A DNA stretch of 64,000 nt from an uncultured Thermoleophilia bacterium (GTDB lineage: Bacteria; Actinomycetota; Thermoleophilia; UBA2241): assembly GCA_963702475.1 (NCBI GenBank), contig CAVPCT010000005.1, positions 288,001 through 352,000 of the forward strand, given 5' to 3'. Both the position numbers and the translations under genes were made by a program. The notes under the pieces were generated by a model. That model was not told the DNA's origin. It did not search any database and saw only the letters and a program-made list of their open reading frames with translations. Within the stretch, counting starts at the first letter, position 1. Every line of letters begins with the position of its first letter. Below, one piece after another: positions 9,293 through 18,059 of this stretch.

Positions 9293-10558
9293 ATGGAACC
9301 GCTGGACGCGCAGCCGCACGAGTCGCTGATGGACCCCCAGCAGACCACGTTGCAGGTCGTGATGGTGGACGACGAAGAGGCGCTCTGCCTGGGCGTGCGC
9401 CGCATCATCGAGAAGTACAGGGTGCACGTGGCCGACGTGCTCGTAGACGCAAGCTACACGTTCCGGTACTTCACGAGCGGCGAGGACTTCCTCGCGTACC
9501 TGACCGACGGCGGAAGCGTCGATCTTCTTCTGCTCGACCTCAAGCTGCCCGGCGTCGGCGGCATGGACGTGCTCGACGCCCTCAGCAGCCAAGGCCGCGA
9601 GGTCCTCACCATCATGATCACGGCCTACGCCACGTTCGAGACGGCTGTGAAGGCCACAAAGCTCGGCGCCTACGACTTCCTCGCCAAGCCCTTCACGCCC
9701 GACGAGCTGCGCTACGCCCTGCGCAAGGCCACCAGCCAGCTCATCCTCAGCAAGCAGGCGCGCAAGCTGGCTGAGGAGAAGCGCCAGGTGCGCTTCAACT
9801 TCATCTCCGTGCTGGCACACGAGCTCAAGGCTCCGCTCAACGCCGTGGAGGGCTACCTGAACATCCTCAGGATGACGGAGCAGGACAAGAACCTGCAGAT
9901 GGTCGAGCGCAGCATCGTGCGCGTGGACGGCATGAAGAAGCTCATCAGCGACCTGCTGGACATGACGCGCATCGAGTCCGGCCAGCGCGAGCGCATCATC
10001 AAGCGACTCGACCTGGCCGAGCTCGCCAAGGCGTCGATGGAGCTGTTCGCCGTCGACGCCGAGCGCCGCGGCATCACCGTCACCCTCGAAGCCGACCCCG
10101 ACGTCGAGCTCATGGCCGACGCCGGCGAGGCTGAGATCGTGCTCAACAACCTCATCTCCAACGCCGTCAAATACAACCGCGACGGCGGCTCCGTCACCGT
10201 GAGGATCGACCGCACGGACGGCGGTGTGCGCGTCGCCGTGGCGGATACCGGTTTCGGCCTCACGCCGGAGGAGGCCGCCAAGCTCTTCAACGAGTTCACG
10301 CGCATCAAGAACGAGCACACGGTCAAGGTGCTCGGGAGCGGCCTCGGCCTCTCCACGGTGCGCAAGATCGCCAACATGTACGAGGGCGAGGCCACCGTGG
10401 AGAGCGAGGCCGGCGTGGGCAGCACGTTCACCGTGACCCTGCACGACGCGCGCGCGGACGGGTCGGCGCCGGTTGCGGACGCCGCCACCACCGACCCTGC
10501 CGCGGCGGCCGCCGCTCTGGCGGCCGCCGCGCTCGACCAGCCGGCTCCACCGGCCTGA
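9293..10558 (+). CDS. Hybrid receiver-histidine kinase
   Basis: N-terminal receiver (VDDE, LLDLKLP, KP); AHELKAPL H-box; NLISNAVKY, DTGFG, GSGLGL. Confidence 0.9.
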   Translation: MEPLDAQPHESLMDPQQTTLQVVMVDDEEALCLGVRRIIEKYRVHVADVLVDASYTFRYFTSGEDFLAYLTDGGSVDLLLLDLKLPGVGGMDVLDALSSQGREVLTIMITAYATFETAVKATKLGAYDFLAKPFTPDELRYALRKATSQLILSKQARKLAEEKRQVRFNFISVLAHELKAPLNAVEGYLNILRMTEQDKNLQMVERSIVRVDGMKKLISDLLDMTRIESGQRERIIKRLDLAELAKASMELFAVDAERRGITVTLEADPDVELMADAGEAEIVLNNLISNAVKYNRDGGSVTVRIDRTDGGVRVAVADTGFGLTPEEAAKLFNEFTRIKNEHTVKVLGSGLGLSTVRKIANMYEGEATVESEAGVGSTFTVTLHDARADGSAPVADAATTDPAAAAAALAAAALDQPAPPA

Positions 10559-10812
10559 CGGACTTCGCCCCATCGCGCAGCAAGAACGCCCGCATCACGC
10601 GAGAGAGAAAGGACGGTCGAGCCACCCGAAACGGAACCGTGACGCAAGCCGGACCACCACCAGCGCCCCTTCTCCCCGCCCCCTGTCGCCCCGCCCGGTC
10701 TGCCGGACGGTCGTCGTCACGGAGGCGCGGCGTCGTCGGGCCTGGCACACAAGCCTGGCGCACCTTGGAGGGGGCGCCGTGGGGAAACGCAGAGCACGAA
10801 AGGGAGTGTGCG

Positions 10813-11181
10813 GTGCCCAAGATCCTCATCGTTGACGACGATCCCGACATCGTCGAAGCCTGCCAGTTGGTCCTCGAGCGCGAGGGCTACGAGGTGTCCG
10901 GTGCGCCCAACCGCGCCGACGGCATGAACGCCATCGAGGGGGCCGCGCCGGACCTCCTCATCCTCGACGTGATGATGGAAGAGCCCGACGACGGCCTGCG
11001 GATGGCACGCGAGATCCGCAAGGCCGGCCACGCCTTCCCCATCATCATGCTCACCAGCGTCAACGCCGCCATGGGCCTCAACATCGACAAGGACGAAGAG
11101 ATGGTCCCGGTCGACGAGTTCCAGTCCAAACCGGTGGACCCGCAGACGCTGATCGCCAAGGTCCAGAAGCTGCTCGCGTAA
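10813..11181 (+). CDS. Single-domain response regulator (receiver)
   Basis: GTG start after AGGGAG; ILIVDDD, ILDVMM, LT, KP. Confidence 0.88.
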   Translation: MPKILIVDDDPDIVEACQLVLEREGYEVSGAPNRADGMNAIEGAAPDLLILDVMMEEPDDGLRMAREIRKAGHAFPIIMLTSVNAAMGLNIDKDEEMVPVDEFQSKPVDPQTLIAKVQKLLA

Positions 11182-11195
11182 GAGAGAGGACGTTC

Positions 11196-11717
11196 ATGCT
11201 CGTCACTCAGCAGGAGCAGCTCCGCGCCGAGGTCACCGCACTGGTGGACCAGCTCGGGCCGGGCCGGAGCTCTCTCATCCCGATACTCCAAGACGTCAAG
11301 TGGCGCTACCACGACATCGACACCGACGCGATGCAGATCATCGCCGACCTTCTGGACATCCATCCGGTCGAGGTCTACAGCGTCGCCACCTTCTACGCCT
11401 TCCTCGACCCGGACGCCCAGGGCGAGTTCGTCATCCGGCTCTGCAGCACGGTCTCGTGCGAGCTGGCCGGCAAGGACGCCATCGCCCGCCAGCTCGAGAC
11501 CGAGCTCGGCATCGCCTTCGGCGAGACCTCCGAGGACGGCCGCTTCACCCTCGACCACGCGGCCTGCATGGGCATGTGCGACCAGGGCCCGGCCCTGCTC
11601 GTCAATGACAGGGTCTACACCCGCGTCACGCCCGAGACCGTCCGCCAGATCGCGGCCGAGTGCCGCTCCGCCTACTCCGGCCACGCGGCCGAGCGCCAAG
11701 GGGGGTACCTCGTATGA
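11196..11717 (+). CDS. hydC: [FeFe]-hydrogenase 2 NuoE-like subunit
   Basis: LIPILQ, VATFYAF, CSTVSC, CMGMCDQGP. Confidence 0.88.
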   Translation: MLVTQQEQLRAEVTALVDQLGPGRSSLIPILQDVKWRYHDIDTDAMQIIADLLDIHPVEVYSVATFYAFLDPDAQGEFVIRLCSTVSCELAGKDAIARQLETELGIAFGETSEDGRFTLDHAACMGMCDQGPALLVNDRVYTRVTPETVRQIAAECRSAYSGHAAERQGGYLV

Positions 11718-12919
11718 GCATCGAGACTCAGGGGAACACCCTCACCTTCGCCTCCATCGACGCCGACGCCGGCCTCAGGGCCGCGCTCGCCATGTCACGG
11801 CCGGACATCATCGACACCGTGTCCGCCTCCGGCATGAAGGGCCGCGGCGGCGCCGGCTTCCCGACCGGGATGAAGTGGAACTTCGCCGGCTCGGAGAAGG
11901 GCGACGAGAAGTACGTCATCTGCAACGCCGACGAGGGCGAGCCCGGTACGTTCAAAGACCGCGTGATCCTCACCGAGTTCCCCGACCTGGTGTTCGCCGG
12001 CATGACCATCGCCGGACGCGCCATCGGAGCCTCGCTCGGTATCGTGTACCTGCGCGGCGAATACACCTACCTGCGCTCGCACCTCAACGCCGTGATCAAG
12101 AAGCGCCGCGCTGACGGGCTGCTCGGCGAGAACGTGGGCGGCGTGCAGGGCTTCGATTTCGACATCATCGTGGCCCTCGGCGCCGGCGCCTACGTGTGCG
12201 GCGAGGAGACCGCGCTCATCGAGTCGCTCGAGGGCTTCCGCGGCGAGCCCCGCAACCGTCCGCCGTTCCCGGTGGTGGCCGGCTTCCGCAACTGCCCCAC
12301 CACGGTGAACAACGTGGAGACGCTCGCCTCGGCGGCCTGCATCTTCGCCAAGGGCGTGGACTGGTTCAAGAGCTTCGGCACCGACCGCTCCACCGGCTTC
12401 AAGCTGTTCAGCATCTCCGGCGACTGCGAGAAGCCGGGCGTGTACGAGTTCCCGTTCGGCATCACCGTCGAGGACCTGCTCAAGGAGGTAGGCGGCGGCG
12501 ACGCCAAGGCAGTGCAGATCGGCGGTGCCTCCGGCACCTGTGTGCCGCGCACGGACTTCTCGCGACGCATGGCCTTCGAGGACATCCCCACCGGCGGGTC
12601 GGTCATCGTCTTCGGCCCCCGGTGCGACATGCTGGACGTGGCCGAGAACTTCCTCGAGTTCTTCGTGGACGAGTCCTGCGGTCAGTGCACCCCCTGCCGT
12701 CTCGGCAACGTCAAGATGCTCGAGGCCGTCCGCATGCTGAAAGACGGCACCTGCTCCGCCGAGTACGTCGCCGAGCTGCGCGAGCTGAACGTCACCATGC
12801 AGGTCGCCTCCAAGTGCGGCCTGGGCCAGACCAGCTCCAACGCCTTCATGTCCATCCTGGACCACTTCGGCGACGAGATCACCAACCGCGCCCCCCAGAC
12901 CGAGAGCGCGAGGAGCTGA
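11714..12919 (+). CDS. hydB: [FeFe]-hydrogenase 2 short NuoF-like diaphorase subunit (401 aa)
   Basis: GRGGAGFPTG, NADEGEPGTFKDR, GAYVCGEET, ESCGQCTPCR; lacks N-terminal 2Fe-2S and C-terminal ferredoxin domains; ATGA overlap. Confidence 0.9.
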   Translation: MSIETQGNTLTFASIDADAGLRAALAMSRPDIIDTVSASGMKGRGGAGFPTGMKWNFAGSEKGDEKYVICNADEGEPGTFKDRVILTEFPDLVFAGMTIAGRAIGASLGIVYLRGEYTYLRSHLNAVIKKRRADGLLGENVGGVQGFDFDIIVALGAGAYVCGEETALIESLEGFRGEPRNRPPFPVVAGFRNCPTTVNNVETLASAACIFAKGVDWFKSFGTDRSTGFKLFSISGDCEKPGVYEFPFGITVEDLLKEVGGGDAKAVQIGGASGTCVPRTDFSRRMAFEDIPTGGSVIVFGPRCDMLDVAENFLEFFVDESCGQCTPCRLGNVKMLEAVRMLKDGTCSAEYVAELRELNVTMQVASKCGLGQTSSNAFMSILDHFGDEITNRAPQTESARS

Positions 12920-12921
12920 GC

Positions 12922-14859
12922 ATGACCGAGAACCTGAGAAGCGACGTCAAGGGCCCGCGCATCCCGACCAGCCAGGTCGGCAGCCGGGTGCCCGTGGCCG
13001 ACAACCCCGAGGCGATCGGCGCGCTCGTCTCCGCGACCATCGACGGCATCGAGACCAAAGTGCCCTTCGGCATGACCATCCTCGACGCCGCCAAGTCCGT
13101 CGGCGTTGAGATCCCCACCCTGTGCCACCACCCCGACCTCAAGGTCGCCGGCGTGTGCCGCATGTGCGTGGTAGACATAGAGGGCCAGCGCACGCTGCAG
13201 GCCGCCTGCGTCTTCCCCATCGTCAACTCCATCAAGATCAACACACACACGCGCAAGGTGCGCAAGGCGCGCCGCCACGTGCTGCAGCTGCTCCTCAGCG
13301 AGCACTACGGCGAGTGCTACAGCTGCGTGCGCAACGGCAACTGCGAGCTGCAGACGCTGGCCGAGGAGTACGGCATCGACGAGTTCGTCTTCGGCCACCC
13401 CACGGAGCCGCTCTTCGACGAAGACCGCTCGAGCTACTCCGTGATGCGCGACATGAACAAGTGCATCAACTGCCGCCGCTGCGTGCGCACGTGCATCGAC
13501 CTCCAGGAGGTCGGCGTGCTGGAGGCCACGGGCCGCAGCGACAAGACCACCATCGCCACGTTCGAGGACATGCCGCTGGGCGAGGTCGTGTGCATCAACT
13601 GCGGGCAGTGCGTGAACCGCTGCCCCACCGGCGCCCTCTACGCCAAGGACGAGACCGACGCCGTGTGGGCCGCCATCGACGACCCCGAGAAGCACGTCGT
13701 CATCCAGACGGCACCCGCTCCGCGCTCGGCCATGGGCGAGATCTTCGGCCTCGAACCGGGCACGCCGGTCACCTTCGAGATGAACACCGCCCTGCGCCGC
13801 GCCGGCTTCGACAGCGTGTTCGACACCAACTTCACGGCCGACCTCACGATCATCGAGGAGGGCACGGAGCTCATCAAGCGTCTCTACGGCGCCGTCGTGC
13901 AGGGCGACACCTCGGTGGCCCTGCCGCAGTTCACCAGCTGCTCTCCGGGCTGGGTCAAGTATCTGGAGCACTTCTATCCCGAGTACCTGCCGAACGCCTC
14001 CTCAGCCAAGAGCCCCCAGCAGATGTTCGGCGCGCTCATCAAGACGTACTACGCCGAGAAGCAGGGCTGGGATCCGGCCACCATCGTGAGCTGCGCGCTC
14101 ATGCCGTGCTCGGCCAAGAAGTTCGAGTGCAACCGTCCCGAGATGCACGACTCGGGCTATAAGGATGTCGACTTCGGCCTCACCACGCGCGAGCTCGGCA
14201 AGATGTTCAAGGAGTCCGGCCTGCACGTGCCGAGCCTGCCGAAGAGCGACTTCGACGACCCGTTCGGAACCGCCACCGGCTCCGGCGTCATCTTCGGCGC
14301 CACCGGCGGCGTCATGGAGGCCGCCCTCCGCACCGTGCTCGAGATGGTCACCGGTGAGATGGTGGAGAGCATCTACGAGCACGGCGACATCATCCCCGTG
14401 CGCGGCTTCGAGGGCGTCAAGTACGCCGAGATCACCGTGCCCAAGGTGGGGCCGGTGCCCGAGATCATCGCGCACCTCATCCCCGACTGGGACTGGCTCA
14501 ACGGCGTCACCGTCAAGGTCGCGGTGGCCCACGGCACCGCCAACGCCAAGAAGGTCATGGACGACATCAAGGCCGGCGGCATGTTCAGCCAGTGCCACTT
14601 CATCGAGTTCATGGCCTGCCCGGGCGGCTGCCTGGGCGGCGGCGGCCAGCCGATCCCGACCAACGCCGACATCCGCGCGGCGCGGGCCAGGGCCATCTAT
14701 TCAGAAGACTCCGCGTACGCGGTGCGCAAATCACACGAGAACACGGCCGTACTGAGGACGTACGCGGAGTTCCTCACCGACGGCCCGTGCGGGCACAAGA
14801 GCCACGAGCTGCTGCACACGTCGTACACGGCGCGCGGCAAGTACATCCCGCAGAAGTAA
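12922..14859 (+). CDS. hydA: [FeFe]-hydrogenase 2 catalytic subunit
   Basis: FTSCSPGW, MPCSAKKFE, EFMACPGGCLGGGGQP; accessory FeS motifs. Confidence 0.95.
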   Translation: MTENLRSDVKGPRIPTSQVGSRVPVADNPEAIGALVSATIDGIETKVPFGMTILDAAKSVGVEIPTLCHHPDLKVAGVCRMCVVDIEGQRTLQAACVFPIVNSIKINTHTRKVRKARRHVLQLLLSEHYGECYSCVRNGNCELQTLAEEYGIDEFVFGHPTEPLFDEDRSSYSVMRDMNKCINCRRCVRTCIDLQEVGVLEATGRSDKTTIATFEDMPLGEVVCINCGQCVNRCPTGALYAKDETDAVWAAIDDPEKHVVIQTAPAPRSAMGEIFGLEPGTPVTFEMNTALRRAGFDSVFDTNFTADLTIIEEGTELIKRLYGAVVQGDTSVALPQFTSCSPGWVKYLEHFYPEYLPNASSAKSPQQMFGALIKTYYAEKQGWDPATIVSCALMPCSAKKFECNRPEMHDSGYKDVDFGLTTRELGKMFKESGLHVPSLPKSDFDDPFGTATGSGVIFGATGGVMEAALRTVLEMVTGEMVESIYEHGDIIPVRGFEGVKYAEITVPKVGPVPEIIAHLIPDWDWLNGVTVKVAVAHGTANAKKVMDDIKAGGMFSQCHFIEFMACPGGCLGGGGQPIPTNADIRAARARAIYSEDSAYAVRKSHENTAVLRTYAEFLTDGPCGHKSHELLHTSYTARGKYIPQK

Positions 14860-14876
14860 GGACGTCCGCATCGGTC

Positions 14877-14912
14877 GCGAGGGCGGGGCGCCGGACAGCG
14901 CCCCGCCCTCGC
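14877..14912 (+). terminator. Intrinsic terminator-like hairpin after hydA2
   Basis: Perfect 15-bp stem GCGAGGGCGGGGCGC/GCGCCCCGCCCTCGC with 6-nt loop, followed by TTCGCTT. Confidence 0.7.
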
Positions 14913-14935
14913 TTCGCTTAGACTAGACACAGCCT

Positions 14936-16294
14936 ATGGGCAAGCACTCACAGCAAACGCCACCCACCACCGCGCACTTCGTCGACCCGTTCCACGACGC
15001 GCAGGCGCTCACGCCGATCAGCGCCGACGAGCGCACCATCCTGCGCACCGTGAACCAGAAGATCGCGGCGCGGCCGAGTCTGCGCGCCATCGTCGACTAC
15101 CTCTTCGAGCACACCCAGGGCCTCATCCCCTGCGACCGCATCGGCCTGGCCTTCGTGGACGAGCGCCAGGAACGCGTTACCAGCTACTACAACCGCGCCT
15201 CGTACAGTCCGCTGTCGCTCGACAAGGACTACTCCGAGGCGCTCCAGGCCACGTCGCTGAGTGAGGTGCTGCGCCTGGGCCAGCCGCGCATCATCGGCAA
15301 CCTGGAGCTGTACTTCGAGACGCGGCCCAAGAGCCGGGCCACCCGGCGGCTGCTGACCGAGGGCGTGCGTTCAAACCTCACCTGCCCCCTGAGCGTGGAG
15401 GGCCGCGTGGTCGGCTTCATCTTCCGCAGCTCGCTGCGCACCTACGCCTACCGACCGCGCCACATCGAGCTGCAGATGGCCATCACCGAGCGGCTGAGCC
15501 AGGCCGTGGAGAAAGCGTGGCGCATCGAGCAGCTCGAGGAGATCAACCACGCCTACACGCAGATGCTCAGCTTCGTGAGCCACGAGCTCAAGAGCCCCGT
15601 TGCCTCCATGGTCACCGACGCGCAGCTCATGGCGGAGGGCTACCTCGGCGACGTGAGCGAGGCGCAACGCAAGAAGCTCGAGGGCGTCGTGCGCAAGGGC
15701 AAGTACCTGCTCGGGCTCGTCAACGAGTACCTCGACCTCGCCCGCGTGGAGGGTATGGAGCTGCGCAGCCAGCCGCGCTCGCGCGTCGCCATCAACAGCG
15801 AAGTGGTCCAAGACGCCGTCGAGCTGGTGCGGCCGCAGCTCGACGGGCGCGGCCAGGAGCTCATCGTATCGATGCCGGCGCAGAGCCCGGAGATGTGCTG
15901 TGACGTCACCTTGCTGCGCATCGCGCTCGTCAACCTCCTGGACAACGCGTCCAAGTACGGCAACGAGGGCGGCCGCGTCTGGCTCACCGTCGAGTACGCA
16001 CCGCAGGACTGGGCGCACCTGCCCAAGCTCAAGGTGAGCGTGAGAAACGAAGGGCCGGGCTTCGGCGAGGCCGAGAAGAACAAGCTGTTCCGGCGCTTCT
16101 CGCGCCTCGACGACCCGGCCCTGAAGACGCGCCGCGGCACGGGGGTCGGGCTGTACAACACCTGGCGCATCATCCAGCTCCACGAGGGGCGCATCAGCGC
16201 CGAGTCCAAGCAGGGCGAGTGGGCTGAGTTCAGTTTCGAGATATCGGCGGCGGCGGAATGTGCCTACACGCCGCCGGACCCAGAGAGGGTGTGA
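14936..16294 (+). CDS. GAF-domain sensor histidine kinase
   Basis: GAF-like N-terminus (DRIGLAF...SNLTCPL...VVG); SHELKSP H-box; NLLDNASKY, GTGVGL; no transmembrane helix. Confidence 0.88.
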   Translation: MGKHSQQTPPTTAHFVDPFHDAQALTPISADERTILRTVNQKIAARPSLRAIVDYLFEHTQGLIPCDRIGLAFVDERQERVTSYYNRASYSPLSLDKDYSEALQATSLSEVLRLGQPRIIGNLELYFETRPKSRATRRLLTEGVRSNLTCPLSVEGRVVGFIFRSSLRTYAYRPRHIELQMAITERLSQAVEKAWRIEQLEEINHAYTQMLSFVSHELKSPVASMVTDAQLMAEGYLGDVSEAQRKKLEGVVRKGKYLLGLVNEYLDLARVEGMELRSQPRSRVAINSEVVQDAVELVRPQLDGRGQELIVSMPAQSPEMCCDVTLLRIALVNLLDNASKYGNEGGRVWLTVEYAPQDWAHLPKLKVSVRNEGPGFGEAEKNKLFRRFSRLDDPALKTRRGTGVGLYNTWRIIQLHEGRISAESKQGEWAEFSFEISAAAECAYTPPDPERV

Positions 16295-16299
16295 CACGC

Positions 16300-17706
16300 A
16301 TGACCAGCGGGGCAGTAGCGGAGACCGGCAGCTTCATCGACGAGGGCGTCATCGACGACGCCTTGAAAGCAGCAGCGACCAAGGACGGCGCGCGCGTGCG
16401 CGAGATCTTCGCCAAGGCGCGCGAGCTCGGCGGCCTGGACATGGACGAGGTCGCCGTGCTCAGCTCGGTGAGCGACCCCGAGCTGCTCGGCGAGCTGTTC
16501 GCGGCGGCGCACGACGTCAAGGACGCCATCTACGGGGCGCGCCTCGTGCTCTTCGCCCCTCTGTACATCAGCAATCTGTGCAGCAACGACTGCCTGTACT
16601 GCGCCTTCCGCGTGAAGAACAAGGAGCTCAAGCGGAGAGCTCTCACCCAGGCCGAGATCAGGCACGAGGTCGAAATCCTCGTCGACCAGGGCCACAAGCG
16701 CATCCTGCTGGTGGCCGGCGAGTCGTATCCCAAGCAGGGCTTCGGCTACGTGCTCGACTCCATCAAGACCATCTACGACGTGAAGCGCGGCAACGGCGAG
16801 ATCCGCCGCGTCAACGTCAACGTGGCACCGCTCTCCGTCGACGACTTCCACGCGCTCAAGGCGACCGGCATCGGGACGTACCAGCTGTTCCAGGAGACCT
16901 ACCACCGCGACACCTACCAGCGCGTGCACGTGGGCGGCAAGAAGAAGGACTTCGACTGGCGCGTCACCGGGATGCACCGCGCCATGGAGGCCGGCATCGA
17001 CGATGTGGGCATCGGCGTGCTGTTCGGCCTGTTCGACTGGCGCTTCGAGATCCTCGCCATGCTGCAGCACATCCACGAGCTCGAGCGCGCCTACGGCGTC
17101 GGCCCGCACACCATCAGCCTGCCGCGCCTGGAGCCGGCCTCCGGCAGCTCCATGGCCGAGGAGCCGCCCATGCCGGTGAGCGATATCGACTTCCGCAAGA
17201 TCGTCGCCATCCTGCGCCTTGCGGTGCCGTACACCGGCATGATCATGAGTACCCGCGAGACCGCCAACATCCGCCGTGAGACCTTCGCCCTCGGCGTCAG
17301 CCAGATCAGCGGCGGCAGCCGCACCAACCCCGGCGGCTACGAGGAGGACGAGAAGTTCGACGCCGCCCAGTTCCAGCTCGGCGACCACCGCAGCCTGGAC
17401 GAAGTCATCCGCGACGTGGCCGAGCTCGGCTACGTACCCTCGTTCTGCACCGCCTGCTACCGCCTCGGCCGCACCGGCATGGACTTCATGGACCTGGCCA
17501 AGCCCGGCGACATCAAGCACCACTGCGACCCCAACGCGCTCAGCACGTTCGAGGAGTACCTGCTGGACTACGGTACAGAGCAGACCCGCGAGGTCGGCGA
17601 GAAGCTCATCTCCGAGAAGGTCGCCGAGATGGACCCGGTGCGCCGCGAGCACACCGAGAAGATGCTGGCCAAGGTGCGCGCCGGCAAGCGCGACGTGCTC
17701 TGCTGA
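16300..17706 (+). CDS. hydG: [FeFe]-hydrogenase H-cluster radical SAM maturase HydG
   Basis: LFAPLYISNLCSNDCLYC radical SAM motif; C-terminal PSFCTACYR...HCDPNAL auxiliary cluster motif. Confidence 0.96.
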   Translation: MTSGAVAETGSFIDEGVIDDALKAAATKDGARVREIFAKARELGGLDMDEVAVLSSVSDPELLGELFAAAHDVKDAIYGARLVLFAPLYISNLCSNDCLYCAFRVKNKELKRRALTQAEIRHEVEILVDQGHKRILLVAGESYPKQGFGYVLDSIKTIYDVKRGNGEIRRVNVNVAPLSVDDFHALKATGIGTYQLFQETYHRDTYQRVHVGGKKKDFDWRVTGMHRAMEAGIDDVGIGVLFGLFDWRFEILAMLQHIHELERAYGVGPHTISLPRLEPASGSSMAEEPPMPVSDIDFRKIVAILRLAVPYTGMIMSTRETANIRRETFALGVSQISGGSRTNPGGYEEDEKFDAAQFQLGDHRSLDEVIRDVAELGYVPSFCTACYRLGRTGMDFMDLAKPGDIKHHCDPNALSTFEEYLLDYGTEQTREVGEKLISEKVAEMDPVRREHTEKMLAKVRAGKRDVLC

Positions 17707-17767
17707 GCCGAAGCCGGCGCCGACGCACCCGCGACCCGCACAACCTGACCGCACGGGAGGACTCTCC

Positions 17768-18037
17768 ATGAAGGACGACGGCCACATCATCCTCGGTATC
17801 CACGTCACCGAGCGCCTGAAGAACGCCGTAGAGGTGCAGAAGGTGTTCAGCGAGTACGGCTGCAACATCAAGACGCGCATCGGCCTGCACGACGTGGACG
17901 ACAGGGCCTGCTCGCCGAGCGGCGTGGTGCTCATCGAGTTCTTCGGCGCCGCGGCCGAGGCCGACGCCATGACGGCCAAGCTCAACGAGGTCGAGGGCGT
18001 CGAGGTCAAGCAGATGGTGTTCGGGCACGACGCCTGA
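17768..18037 (+). CDS. Small ACT-like hydrogenase-system protein (TM1266-like)
   Basis: VQKVFSEYGCNIKTRIGLH motif, 89 aa, directly after hydG, RBS GGAGG. Confidence 0.75.
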   Translation: MKDDGHIILGIHVTERLKNAVEVQKVFSEYGCNIKTRIGLHDVDDRACSPSGVVLIEFFGAAAEADAMTAKLNEVEGVEVKQMVFGHDA

Positions 18038-18059
18038 GCAGACGGGAGGTCGGGGCACG

